From Candidatus Undinarchaeota archaeon (lineage in GTDB: Archaea > SpSt-1190 > JASMDC01): a DNA stretch of 64,000 nt. Positions 1 through 9,359 of the stretch are shown here, piece after piece; position 1 is the stretch's first letter, and the number at the start of each line of letters is the position of its first letter. The position numbers were made by a program, and so were the translations under genes. Below the pieces are notes generated by a model. That model worked only from the letters and a program-made list of their open reading frames with translations, ran no database searches and had not been told where the DNA came from. Where the stretch lies: positions 1 through 64,000 of the forward strand of contig CAZFHY010000018.1 of the NCBI GenBank assembly GCA_964519305.1, read 5' to 3'.

Positions 1-119
1 GAGGGTGGGGTGCGCTCAACACCCGGCATGGACGGGCACTTCTCGGACTCGCTCACCTGTGACCTTCAATGCGTCATCGGCGAAAGACCTATAACCGTAA
101 GGCTGTGGGATTGTCACAC

Positions 120-956
120 ATGGGCGGTGATGCATCGGGACGTACCGGTAAGCTTATCGTCCTCCTCGCAGCACTGTTGCTCACCGGATGCACCGAGGTC
201 GGCGAGCCCGTGACCGAACCGTTCGTTATTGAGCTCGGGAGCGCCCAGCGTGCCAACATCGATCTGCTCATGGGTGCGGGGGAGCTCACGGTCACCGGTG
301 GGGCGAAAGCCCTTCTCGAAGCGGACGTGGTCTACAACATCCCCAGCTGGCGTCCGAACGTCACGTACAATGTCACGGGAGAAGCGGGGAACCTTGTCAT
401 GCGCCAGCCCGGTGCGGGGACCGTCGTCGGTGCTGGTAACTTCACCTACGAATGGGATGTGCGTGTGAACGAGAAGGTCCCCATGGACATGGTAGTCAGG
501 ACGAACAACGGAAAAGCCGTTCTTACCCTGGGGAACATCAACCTAGACACCCTTGACATCGACATAGGGGCCAGTGATGTGGAGCTGATCGTCAGGGGGA
601 AGCCCCGTGTGAGGAGGATCGACCTTGACATGTCGACGGGTGACGCGATTGTCGACCTGAATGGGACATTCGGCCGGGACCTTGACGCCCACATCAAGGG
701 TGGCGTTGGTGCCCTCCTCCTGAAGCTCCCAAGTGGGTACGGTGTCAACCTCGAGACCAAGGGGGGGCTTGGTACGATCACGCCGGTCGGGTTCCAGATG
801 CGGGGCAATCGGTTCATGAACGACCGCTACGGTCGGCCTGACACGGACGTCAACCTCCGTGTTGCCATCGAGACGAACATAGGTGACATCACCGTCGAGA
901 TGATAGACACCAGTGATGGCGAGTACCTCTCGGACAATCCCGGGATGCGGAGGTGA
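120..956 (+). CDS. Lipoprotein with beta-solenoid 'toast-rack'/DUF2154-like adhesin domain
   Basis: Lipobox LLLTGC after a hydrophobic stretch; repeated 'L.I..G.G...L.L' beta units. Start moved to the ATG at 120. Confidence 0.65.
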   Translation: MGGDASGRTGKLIVLLAALLLTGCTEVGEPVTEPFVIELGSAQRANIDLLMGAGELTVTGGAKALLEADVVYNIPSWRPNVTYNVTGEAGNLVMRQPGAGTVVGAGNFTYEWDVRVNEKVPMDMVVRTNNGKAVLTLGNINLDTLDIDIGASDVELIVRGKPRVRRIDLDMSTGDAIVDLNGTFGRDLDAHIKGGVGALLLKLPSGYGVNLETKGGLGTITPVGFQMRGNRFMNDRYGRPDTDVNLRVAIETNIGDITVEMIDTSDGEYLSDNPGMRR

Positions 957-963
957 AGCAACG

Positions 964-1455
964 ATGCTCCGCATCGAAGAGGCATGCGAGGAGCACATAC
1001 TTCCGATCGTAGAGGTCTGGAAGGAGTTCGTGGACCTTCACGCCGAACGTGACCCCCTCTTCACCCGGAGCCGCACCGGCCACGTCACATTCTCATCGTG
1101 GGTGCGCGAGCTGATAGCCTCCTCCGATGCCCAGGTGCTCGTGGCCCTTGAGGGCGAGGCCGTGGTCGGTTATACGCTCACGATGGCGAAGGAGTATCCT
1201 CCCGTTTACGAGCGTACGGCTTACGCCGAAGTCACGGACATGGCCGTTAGCCAAGGCCATCGCAGGCAGGGTATTGGCACGGCACTGTTGGGGCGCGTAC
1301 GTGCGTGGTGTCGGGACCGGGGCCTCGACCGAATCGAGCTTCGGATGGTGCCATCGAATCCCATGGCCTCAGCGTTCTGGCGCAAGCATGGATTCCGGGA
1401 CTATGTCCACGTGATGTACCGTGAGCTCAACGCCAAGGGCAGGATGGAGCAATGA
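964..1455 (+). CDS. GNAT family N-acetyltransferase
   Basis: Acetyl-CoA motif V...RRQGIGTALL and N..A..FW.KHGF; GGAGGTGA SD just upstream of ATG 964. Confidence 0.85.
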   Translation: MLRIEEACEEHILPIVEVWKEFVDLHAERDPLFTRSRTGHVTFSSWVRELIASSDAQVLVALEGEAVVGYTLTMAKEYPPVYERTAYAEVTDMAVSQGHRRQGIGTALLGRVRAWCRDRGLDRIELRMVPSNPMASAFWRKHGFRDYVHVMYRELNAKGRMEQ

Positions 1456-1994
1456 GCGTCCCCGGTACCCTGACGCTTGAAGGTGAACGTGTACTTCTAA
1501 GACGGCCACGGGATACTGACGCCGCAGATATCTATGAGAACGTGAACAACGCCGCGGTCGTCAGATGGACCCTGCGCATCCCCTATCCGTACCCGCCGCA
1601 AGAGGCTCTCATGTTCATCCGGTCCTCGCGGTACCGCTGGCGAAAGGGATCGGGCTATGTCTTCGCCATCGTGTCCAAGGGCACCGGGCGTACTGTCGGC
1701 ATCATAAGCCTCATGGACATGGACCATGAGCACCATTGCGCAGAGCTCGGCTATTGGTTGGGTGAACCGTACTGGGGACAGGGCTTGGCCACCGAGGCGG
1801 TGTCTCTCGTACTGCGATTCGCGTTCGACATGCTCGAACTGCATCGCGTGACGGCGAACGTTTTTTCAGAGAACAGTGCATCGTCCCGTGTGCTCGAGAA
1901 GAACGGTTTTCAGAAGGAAGGTGTCCGAAGGAAGGCCCGGTACAGGTTCGGCGAGTGGTACGATGAGGTCCTGTATGGCCTCCTTCGACAATAG
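1452..1994 (+). CDS. RimJ/RimL-type GNAT acetyltransferase
   Basis: AELGYWLGEPYWGQGLATEA and N.AS.RVLEKNGF..EG; ATGA overlap with the previous gene. Confidence 0.9.
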   Translation: MSVPGTLTLEGERVLLRRPRDTDAADIYENVNNAAVVRWTLRIPYPYPPQEALMFIRSSRYRWRKGSGYVFAIVSKGTGRTVGIISLMDMDHEHHCAELGYWLGEPYWGQGLATEAVSLVLRFAFDMLELHRVTANVFSENSASSRVLEKNGFQKEGVRRKARYRFGEWYDEVLYGLLRQ

Positions 1995-2050
1995 GCTGAC
2001 GCCTATCCGTGACGCATCAGTTTTTATTGTTGACATGACATACGCCCTTC

Positions 2051-2269
2051 ATGGAGAAGATGCTCCGTATCCTGGTCGCTCTCCTCGTCGTGGGCGCTCT
2101 TGTCGCTATGGCCGGTTGCACCGGCGGCGATGCTTGTGCTGACGAGAAGGACCAGAACACTCGGAACAAGTGCTATCTCGACAAGGCGGTGGCCGACAAG
2201 ACCCCCGACCTGTGTGAGAAGATCACGAGCAAGGACCTGCAGACGCAGTGTGCGGACCAGGCCAAATAG
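2051..2269 (+). CDS. Small lipoprotein with Cys-paired helical repeats
   Basis: Lipobox MAGC; C...KCY...A......CEKI......QC pattern; T-rich TATA-like element upstream. Confidence 0.75.
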   Translation: MEKMLRILVALLVVGALVAMAGCTGGDACADEKDQNTRNKCYLDKAVADKTPDLCEKITSKDLQTQCADQAK

Positions 2270-2360
2270 ACCCGGCGAACACCTCTCAGGACCCGCCGTG
2301 TAGACCGCCTATTGAGTTCGAAGAATAGCCTCCGCGTCCAGTGCTATGTTGATATAAAGG

Positions 2361-3533
2361 ATGCACTCCTGTCCATTTCTGATGGTCGTTACCGGTGAGG
2401 CCGGGACCGTAGCGGGTCGTGTCCCCTGGAAGAGTTCCTTTCGCGGAGCCGCGTTCACATGCATGTCCTGTGGTATATGCTGTGCTGTGTATCGCATCCA
2501 GGTGGACGATAGCGACATCGCGCGCATGTCGCTCGCGGACGACCAGGTGGCCGAGTGCGTGGGCGACCGCATCATCGCCCGCACACCAGAGGGCATGTGC
2601 ATCTTCAACCGGGACAACCTCTGCAAGCGATACGAGGTCCGTCCCATCTCCTGTCGGACCTATCCACTGGATTTCGTCTTCCTCGGAAGAGGACGTGCTG
2701 TGGTGGACATGGTCTACTCATGTCCGTACGTGGGCATTGGAGAGACGTACAAACCTGAGCGGATAAACGCGACCATGATCGAGGACCTGGGGCTGAAACC
2801 CGATTTCTACGCGGCCATTGACGAGAGCTATGACCGTGTCAGGGCCGGGGTCGTCGAAGCCTTCGAGGGGAGTTGGCCTGAACCAGGAACGCTGGAGGTC
2901 GTGGACGCCGCTCTGATCGCCTGGGCAGTTGAGCGCGATGATCCCGTCTCTGCGCTCTTCGCTGGTACAGTTGCGTTATCACGTAGGTTCCCACCGGTTC
3001 CTGGTCCGGATCCCGTCAGAGAGGTGCTCATGTCTGTCGAGGTACACCCCCTGAACGAGGCGAAGCTGTCATGCGTCCGCTTCTACCTGGACACGGGCGT
3101 CAAGGCCATGACCCTGACCGATGGCAAGCTCGAAGTGTACTGCATGTCCGTGGAGGAGGACGGGCTGCACCTTGGCGACGACAGGATCCCGCTGGACACG
3201 CTCTGGTCGATGTCCTTCGACGAGGATGCGAGGGGACTTCTCGGTGATTTTCTCTCAGAGGTGTCCCGACGCGGTAAGACCCAGGCCCTTGTGCTGCGGG
3301 TGGGATCACGGCTCCTTGCTAAAGGGATCAGGCTGAATCCCGTTCAGCTACGCGGTGAACTTCTCTATTACACGGCAGCTTGTGCTTGTGCTGCGGCCTC
3401 CGCGTTCGCAGTGCGTCATGGCCATTCGAGTGTGGATCGGGGCGACATGCGAGATGGTATCGGGTACGCGGACGCTGTCGCGTACTACCTCGGCGAGGCA
3501 GATTGGGAGAGCCATCTGTGCGAGGACAACTGA
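2361..3533 (+). CDS. YkgJ-family (CxxCxxCC) Zn/Fe-chelating protein with long C-terminal extension
   Basis: FTCMSCGICC, C.F....C..YE.RP..CR.YP, YSCP. Exact start uncertain. Confidence 0.75.
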   Translation: MHSCPFLMVVTGEAGTVAGRVPWKSSFRGAAFTCMSCGICCAVYRIQVDDSDIARMSLADDQVAECVGDRIIARTPEGMCIFNRDNLCKRYEVRPISCRTYPLDFVFLGRGRAVVDMVYSCPYVGIGETYKPERINATMIEDLGLKPDFYAAIDESYDRVRAGVVEAFEGSWPEPGTLEVVDAALIAWAVERDDPVSALFAGTVALSRRFPPVPGPDPVREVLMSVEVHPLNEAKLSCVRFYLDTGVKAMTLTDGKLEVYCMSVEEDGLHLGDDRIPLDTLWSMSFDEDARGLLGDFLSEVSRRGKTQALVLRVGSRLLAKGIRLNPVQLRGELLYYTAACACAAASAFAVRHGHSSVDRGDMRDGIGYADAVAYYLGEADWESHLCEDN

Positions 3534-3554
3534 GCCCGGGGAACTAGAGGACCT

Positions 3555-3710
3555 TCACCCTGCCAGGTTGAGGATGAACTGGAGGATGATGACGATCACC
3601 GTGATGATTATCACGTGCTCGGGCTTGATGGTGAGCACGCTCTTGTACTCATCGAAGTAGCGTACGAGCCCTCCGTAGCTGGCCGGGAGCTTTCCCCCCT
3701 TCTTCGCCAT
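3555..3710 (-). CDS. secG: Preprotein translocase subunit Sec61beta/SecG
   Basis: Translated by hand (51 aa, below the ORF-track cutoff): MAKKGGKLPASYGGLVRYFDEYKSVLTIKPEHVIIITVIVIILQFILNLAG. Carries the GL.RYF...I.P signature and a C-terminal TM. Confidence 0.92.
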   Translation of the reverse strand: MAKKGGKLPASYGGLVRYFDEYKSVLTIKPEHVIIITVIVIILQFILNLAG

Positions 3711-3761
3711 GTCCGTCCCGTGGCGGGAAACATTTAAATATCGACTACCAGAGGCCCAGCC

Positions 3762-4463
3762 ATGGCTGGTGACGGTGAGCGAGATGACCGCACCTTCATG
3801 GCATTGCTCTTTGTCGCATTCGTGCTCTTCCTGTGGTTCAACAATCCGTCAAGGGTCAATCCGCCCATCGACACCCTAGAGAAGGCACTCAGGCTAGCAG
3901 GGGGACACGAGGAGCTGAACCGGTTCGCCTGGGACCATCAACCGGTCGCAGCTTTCGGGATTGGGCACCGTAAATCCAACCGGTTCGTGCTCGTGCTCAT
4001 GTCCCGCTGCGTAGAGGGGATGTCCACGACCTGTAATGGCACGGCCATAAAGGCCGAGATCGATGCGTGGAAGGCGGAGGTCATATCCGTTCGGAAGGAG
4101 GTGATGTCCAACGCTCCCGGGATCAACGACACCTTCCCCCGGGCAGCGGACGTACTGGATCTTCCCATCGATACGCTCCCCGAGATTCTCAAGGCCGCTT
4201 CCGCCAGTGAACCCTTTCTGGGATTCATAGCTGACAATCCTCCCCCCTATGGATTCGTTCATCGGTGCAACGATACCTGTGCGCTCGTGGCCGGAGCTGA
4301 CTGTTCTCTCGGTACCTGCGCCCACCTCTGGCGAATCGAGGTGGAGTCGAGCACAGGATCTGTGACCGCTTCGGCCGCGGTTGACCGTGAGTCAGCGACG
4401 AGCACCGACATACAAGGCGGCCGTGCGACCGTGTTCTCCCCTCCGCCCCCGGGCACAGGTTGA
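3762..4463 (+). CDS. Hypothetical membrane-anchored Cys-containing protein
   Basis: N-terminal TM FMALLFVAFVLFLWF; divergent TTTAAATA shared with secG. Confidence 0.55.
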   Translation: MAGDGERDDRTFMALLFVAFVLFLWFNNPSRVNPPIDTLEKALRLAGGHEELNRFAWDHQPVAAFGIGHRKSNRFVLVLMSRCVEGMSTTCNGTAIKAEIDAWKAEVISVRKEVMSNAPGINDTFPRAADVLDLPIDTLPEILKAASASEPFLGFIADNPPPYGFVHRCNDTCALVAGADCSLGTCAHLWRIEVESSTGSVTASAAVDRESATSTDIQGGRATVFSPPPPGTG

Positions 4464-5359
4464 AAAAGCTTCACCTACACTTGATCTTTGTGTCCCCGGT
4501 CGGTTCCCTCGAAGGACTGAGGCGTAGGCTCGCATCACTGGACACCCAGCTTCGCGAGAATCCCGATGATATCGAGCTCCTGCGACATCGGGCTGACGTG
4601 CTCCGGCTCCTGGGTGAGGACCGTGGAGCGCTCGCCAGCCTGGACAGCATCCTCGAGCAGCGCCCGGACGACCTTCAGGCCCTTATCGTGAAGGCAGACC
4701 TTCTGGAGTCCTCGGGGGAACTGGAGGGTGCATTGGCGGCCCTCGAAGCTAGTGGTCTCGATGATGTGGACAATCTTCTGCGCCGGGCAGAGCTCAATCG
4801 TCAACTCGGTAGGATGGAGGTGTTCCATCGTCTTCTGGAGGAAGGATTGGCCGTACACCATCGTGATCCCCGGATCCGTGAGGTACGGTCGATCGCACTG
4901 GGTCCCGATGCGGTCGATGAGGTGAGCCTTGACGAGCTAGCTGGATTGATGAAGACGCTCTGGAGCATCGTGCGCGAGCGTCCGGGCGAACTCGATGTGC
5001 TGGAAGCACGGTTGGAACGCTGTCAGGTCTGGGACCCGCATCACCCCGGCATCGGTGACGACTTCGATCCTTGGTGCGCGACGGTCCGGCTCCTCAGGAC
5101 GGAGAAACGCAAAACCGAGATCCGTCCTGTTGTACATGATGGTCTGGACTTCTGCGATGAGGTCCTACGGAGGTATCCTGACCAGAGCTTCGTGCTCAGG
5201 CTCAAGGGCAGGCTCCTGCTCGAGCTGGGATGGGCGGGGGATGCGCTCCACGCGTTCGAACGTGCCTTGGGAGTTGAACCCTTCGATGCCCAGGCCAGAC
5301 GTGGCCGGGATCACGCGGCCGACATTATGGCAGGACTGCGTGATAACGAGAAGGTGTAG
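4460..5359 (+). CDS. Tetratricopeptide repeat protein
   Basis: Repeated TPR-like helices (A...KG.LL.ELG...DAL.AFERAL..EP). Start uncertain. Confidence 0.75.
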   Translation: MKKLHLHLIFVSPVGSLEGLRRRLASLDTQLRENPDDIELLRHRADVLRLLGEDRGALASLDSILEQRPDDLQALIVKADLLESSGELEGALAALEASGLDDVDNLLRRAELNRQLGRMEVFHRLLEEGLAVHHRDPRIREVRSIALGPDAVDEVSLDELAGLMKTLWSIVRERPGELDVLEARLERCQVWDPHHPGIGDDFDPWCATVRLLRTEKRKTEIRPVVHDGLDFCDEVLRRYPDQSFVLRLKGRLLLELGWAGDALHAFERALGVEPFDAQARRGRDHAADIMAGLRDNEKV

Positions 5360-5361
5360 AG

Positions 5362-5426
5362 GGCGGCTCGGAACTCATAAGGATCCTCATCGAGCACTCA
5401 GATCCTGTTTCTTCCTCATCGCCGCC
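5362..5426 (-). ncRNA. Box C/D guide sRNA (predicted target C34 of a CAU-anticodon tRNA)
   Basis: Minus strand: GGCGGC-G-ATGAGGA(C)-AGAAACAGGAT-CTGA(D')-GTGCTCG-ATGAGGA(C')-TCCTTATGAGTT-CCGA(D)-GCCGCC. Has a 6-bp terminal stem and a TATA box (TGTATAAA, 5450-5457) about 25 nt upstream. Confidence 0.8.
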
Positions 5427-5584
5427 AGGTTTCCCAACCTCCCCTCTTCTTTATACATATTACTACCGGGCCACGGCGGCCGAGGGGGTGGCCGATGGAC
5501 GCGGACCGGATGATCTTGAATAGGAAATGCCCCGGGGGTGGGTCCCCCGGGGTTGTTGTGCCTTGAGATGTGTTGGGGGGTACT

Positions 5585-5694
5585 CGACAATTTTCCGACA
5601 AATTGTCGGTAATATATTCTATAGACACAAGTTAATAAATCTATCGAATTACTTTTGGAAAACCGTTAAATACCATGAGCGACATTTTCCAAAA
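5585..5694 (+). promoter_or_regulatory. AT-rich promoter/operator of the vapBC-like pair
   Basis: Palindrome CCGACAA-A-TTGTCGG (5595-5609); inverted pair TTTTGGAAAA (5653-5662) and TTTTCCAAAA (5685-5694) flanking TATA-like GTTAAATA. Confidence 0.55.
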
Positions 5695-5697
5695 AGA

Positions 5698-5952
5698 ATG
5701 GCAAAAGGACGCTCGTGCCGCATTCGGAACGATTGGCGGGTCACCATTCCTCCAGAACTACGCGAACGGTATGGCCTGCGTGTCGGGGACGAGATGCTGT
5801 TCATGGAGCAGGAGGGTTCGCTGGTGCTAATCCCGCTCCGACGTCACGACAGTCCTGCCGCTTTCCTACAGGGTGCGGTCCGGTTGGACGAGTCCGATCC
5901 ACAGGCCACTATCAAGCGCCATGTCCTCGGTGACCTTGTGAAGGAGGACTGA
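5698..5952 (+). CDS. AbrB/MazE/SpoVT-family antitoxin (VapB-like)
   Basis: RVTIPPELRERYGLRVGDEMLF swapped-hairpin motif; lies upstream of a PIN gene. Confidence 0.85.
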   Translation: MAKGRSCRIRNDWRVTIPPELRERYGLRVGDEMLFMEQEGSLVLIPLRRHDSPAAFLQGAVRLDESDPQATIKRHVLGDLVKED

Positions 5953-5956
5953 CCCG

Positions 5957-6373
5957 GTGGGGGACGATGAGCACGGCGTAAGGTTCCTGGATTCGGACGT
6001 GCTCATCGATACGATCACCGCTCATGCCGAGAGAGGCCCCACGGCCGCTCGGATCCTCAAGAGGCTCGAGGAGGGCGAACTCGTTCTCACCTCCACGCTC
6101 GTCCTGCTGGAGGTCGGATGGTTCCTTGAGGCCGTAGGGAAGGGCTCTGATGTGAAACGGGTGCTGGAGGCCATTCTATCGTTCAGGAACCTGGAGGTCG
6201 TGGAGCCAACTTCCAAGGACCTCGTACGCGCGAGCGAGCTGGCCCGTAACTACGAGCTCTCCCTATCCCAAGGCGTCAAGGCCGCGCTCATGCTCTCAAA
6301 AGGTGTGAACGAAGCCTATAGCAGGGACCGGGGGCTAGGACGGGTGGACCTGATCTCGACCGTTTTCTCCTGA
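5957..6373 (+). CDS. PIN-domain VapC-like toxin
   Basis: FLDSDVLI, TSTLVLLEV, YSRD; the third acidic residue appears absent. Confidence 0.85.
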   Translation: MGDDEHGVRFLDSDVLIDTITAHAERGPTAARILKRLEEGELVLTSTLVLLEVGWFLEAVGKGSDVKRVLEAILSFRNLEVVEPTSKDLVRASELARNYELSLSQGVKAALMLSKGVNEAYSRDRGLGRVDLISTVFS

Positions 6374-6421
6374 GGGGCGCCAGGGGAGCATTATTTAAAG
6401 CATAGACACGTCGTCACCGCT

Positions 6422-6670
6422 ATGCCAGGTCCCCGAGATGATCGTCGGCGCCATGATGATCGTCCGACCCTACCGCTCCCGCTCTCGCTCATTATGGGCT
6501 ATGTTAACAAGGAAGTAGAGGTCTCACACTGGGAGGGGAAGTCCTTGGCGATGACGAAGGGGACCCTCAAGGCCTTTGACAGCGGCGGGAACGCTGTGGT
6601 CGAAGTGGACGGGAAGCAGGTGTGGCTGCGCGGGGCCACTGTCCAGAGCGTCACACTCCTGGAAAAGTGA
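6422..6670 (+). CDS. Sm-like (LSm) protein
   Basis: PLSLI...NKEVEV...GTLKAFD..N.V (Sm1) and V.LRG..V (Sm2). Confidence 0.75.
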   Translation: MPGPRDDRRRHDDRPTLPLPLSLIMGYVNKEVEVSHWEGKSLAMTKGTLKAFDSGGNAVVEVDGKQVWLRGATVQSVTLLEK

Positions 6671-6780
6671 TCCGCGGTCACTATTTAACGCAGATTTAAC
6701 ACAACATTCTTCTGCTCCAGGAGGATCAGTCTTATCCTAGGGCTGACCAATGGATCTCGACCGATGTTTTAGGCAGACCG

Positions 6781-8670
6781 TTATTGGAGCCGGATGACGT
6801 CCAGGTTCCTTGGTGCCATAGTCTCGGACCGGACCTGCTTGTGGAGAGCACGGGCGAGGTCCTGACACTTGCTTGACTCGCCATGGTTGACGAGGATCCG
6901 CTGGGGCCGGGGCTTGATCCCGTAGACGAAGTTTACCAGCTGGTTGCGGTCCGAATGGGCCGAGAATCCGTCGACCGTATGGACCTCCATCTTCATCTTG
7001 AGAACTTGCCGTTTGCCCTGTACGATATCCATGGGGACCTCACGCCAACCGCGCTGGATCTTGTTACCGAGCGAGCCTTCGGCCTGGTAGTTGATGAAGA
7101 TCATGCTGTTCTTCTCGTTGTCAGCGAGCGTCCGGAGGTACTCCACCGAGGGACCTCCCGTAAGCATACCGGATGTTGCCGTGATGATGCACGGCGGTCC
7201 GCCGACGACATCCCTGCGTTCCGCTTGTGAGCCCACGCGATTGAAGAGGTCGGAGAGGAAGGGATTGTGGTCGCGACGGAACACCAGATTGCGCACGCTC
7301 TCCGAAAGGAACTCGGGATAAGCGGTGTAGATGGCGGTCGCGTCCCAGACCATCCCATCAACGTAGACCTTCGCGTCCTTGGGGAGTTGGCCGTTCCGGA
7401 AGGCCGACTCGAGCAGCACCATTAGCTCTTGCGAGCGGCCCACACCAAGAACCGGCACGAGCACCTTACCACCGCGTTCGAGCGTCTTGTTCACCACTGA
7501 GAGAAGGAACTTCTCAGCGTTCTGTCGCGGGGGCTGGATGTCGTCCTTGAGACCGTACGTGCTCTCGATGATGAGCGTCTCGGCGCGGGGGAAGCAGGTC
7601 TGTGCAGAATCGAGCAGACGGGTCTTGGCGAACTTCAGGTCGCCGGTGTACACGACGTTGTACTGTCCGTTGCCGATGTGTAGGTGGCAGACCGCGCTGC
7701 CCAGGATATGGCCTGCGTTATGGAGGGTGAGACGGATGTCGGGCGTGATATCTGTGACCTCACCGTAGTTAAGGGTCACGGAGTGCTTGATGAACTCCTT
7801 GATATCGTTGGAGGAGTAGATGCTGTCCCCGTGCTCTCGGCTGGTGACGTCGATATAATCGATGTGGAGCAGGGTCATCATGTCCCTCGTGGGTGCCGTC
7901 GCGTAGACCGGACCCTCATATCCGAACTTGTACAGGTAGGGGACGAAACCGCCATGGTCCAAGTGAGCGTGGGTGACGACCACCGCGTCCAGCTCCTTGA
8001 TATCGAACTCCGGAGCGTCCAGATGGGGGAAGCCCCTCTCGAACGAGGCAACGTTGACTCCGCAGTCCAGCAGCACCCGGGATTCGGGTGTCTGTAGTAG
8101 TAGGCATGAACGGCCCACCTCGCGGAACCCGCCGAGGGCGGAGATACGCACCCATGAGGTCTTCTTCGGCTCACCATAGATGCGATTACCCAGCTTGTTA
8201 AGGAAGCGTTTGCGGAACCGTGACTCATCACGTAGGGTGAGCCTGACGGTCTTGATGATTTCGGAATTGATGGCCGGGGTACGCTCGATAACCGGGGCCC
8301 AGAGTATCTTGCGCTTGATCTCCTTGAGCGTTTTGCCGCTCTTACCGATCACGAGCCCGGGCTTCTCCGCATCGATGATCACGCGGCCCATGAACAGCTC
8401 GAACGAGATGTCGTTGAGCCCTGCTTCCTTGGGGACCAGTTCTCGGATGATCCCTGCGGCAAGTTCGGGCTTCATGGAGATGGAGCTGTCCGGGCGCACC
8501 TCGATGCGTTTCTTGTACTTGCGGGCTAGGTCCTTGACCACGTTCCCTGCGTTGAGGAAGAACTCCGAGTTCTTCGTGTAGAGCACGATATAAGCGCCCT
8601 CGTAGAGCGTTTCGGAGATCATGGAGTCCTTCGGTAGGCCTTTCACTACCTTATCGATGATCGATGCCAT
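6781..8670 (-). CDS. fttA: Beta-CASP ribonuclease aCPSF1 / transcription termination factor FttA
   Basis: N-terminal KH domains (PGLVIGKSG), LGGFREVGRSC, THAHLDH, AGHILGS, FSAHSD, NHGE. Confidence 0.97.
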   Translation of the reverse strand: MASIIDKVVKGLPKDSMISETLYEGAYIVLYTKNSEFFLNAGNVVKDLARKYKKRIEVRPDSSISMKPELAAGIIRELVPKEAGLNDISFELFMGRVIIDAEKPGLVIGKSGKTLKEIKRKILWAPVIERTPAINSEIIKTVRLTLRDESRFRKRFLNKLGNRIYGEPKKTSWVRISALGGFREVGRSCLLLQTPESRVLLDCGVNVASFERGFPHLDAPEFDIKELDAVVVTHAHLDHGGFVPYLYKFGYEGPVYATAPTRDMMTLLHIDYIDVTSREHGDSIYSSNDIKEFIKHSVTLNYGEVTDITPDIRLTLHNAGHILGSAVCHLHIGNGQYNVVYTGDLKFAKTRLLDSAQTCFPRAETLIIESTYGLKDDIQPPRQNAEKFLLSVVNKTLERGGKVLVPVLGVGRSQELMVLLESAFRNGQLPKDAKVYVDGMVWDATAIYTAYPEFLSESVRNLVFRRDHNPFLSDLFNRVGSQAERRDVVGGPPCIITATSGMLTGGPSVEYLRTLADNEKNSMIFINYQAEGSLGNKIQRGWREVPMDIVQGKRQVLKMKMEVHTVDGFSAHSDRNQLVNFVYGIKPRPQRILVNHGESSKCQDLARALHKQVRSETMAPRNLDVIRLQ

Positions 8671-8708
8671 TGGTGACACGTTCCAGGTGCTGCCGGTCTA
8701 GAGCCGGT

Positions 8709-9359
8709 CTATTCGAGCAGCTTCTTCACTTCGTCCTCAGGGACCTCTCTATAGCCATCCTTGTCGATGATGGCGATGATAAGACCCCACCCACCGGTGT
8801 AAACATCACGGGCGCGAGCCGACTTGAGGGACTTGACGCACAGCTTGACGCAGTCGTCGACGGGCATATCGTCCTTGTACTCTGCCTCCATGATACCCAG
8901 GGCCATCGGAGAACCTGAGCCAGAGCCAAAGTAACCCTCGCCGGTAGAGATACCGCCGATGGGATCGATGGAGTATATCTCTCCACCGTTCTGGGCGTCG
9001 TAACCACCCATGAGGAGCATGGTCATGAAGGGATAGTACCTCATCCCGTGCATAACGTTCGCGAGTAGAGTCGAGACGGCTTTGGGCGTCATTTCCCGTC
9101 CTCGCATGGTCTTGAATAGCGCTGACTCAGCGCGAAGTATACGAACCAGGTATTGGGCATCGCCGACCGTACCGGCGATGGTCATGCCGACGTGTTCGCC
9201 GATCTTGTGGATCTTTCGCTCCGCGCGCGACGATACGTAGAAGGCAGTGCTCTGTTTGTCGGCCGCGAGGACGACGCCGTCCTTGCTGATGCAAGCGACG
9301 GTAGTGGTCCCGGTCCGGACGACGTTCTCAACGTCCTTTGTGGAGATGGTATCTCTCAT
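8709..9359 (-). CDS. psmB: Proteasome beta subunit
   Basis: Propeptide followed by TG|TTTV, GVVLAAD, GTVGDAQ, GSGS, ARDVYTG; conserved adjacency to aCPSF1. Confidence 0.96.
   Translation of the reverse strand: MRDTISTKDVENVVRTGTTTVACISKDGVVLAADKQSTAFYVSSRAERKIHKIGEHVGMTIAGTVGDAQYLVRILRAESALFKTMRGREMTPKAVSTLLANVMHGMRYYPFMTMLLMGGYDAQNGGEIYSIDPIGGISTGEGYFGSGSGSPMALGIMEAEYKDDMPVDDCVKLCVKSLKSARARDVYTGGWGLIIAIIDKDGYREVPEDEVKKLLE

Noticed and set aside
1-56. Possible 5' end of a minus-strand gene running off the window
   Set aside because: Too short to support.
5387-5628. Short minus-strand ORFs (67 and 70 aa)
   Set aside because: Non-protein-like sequence; better explained by the C/D sRNA and promoter elements.
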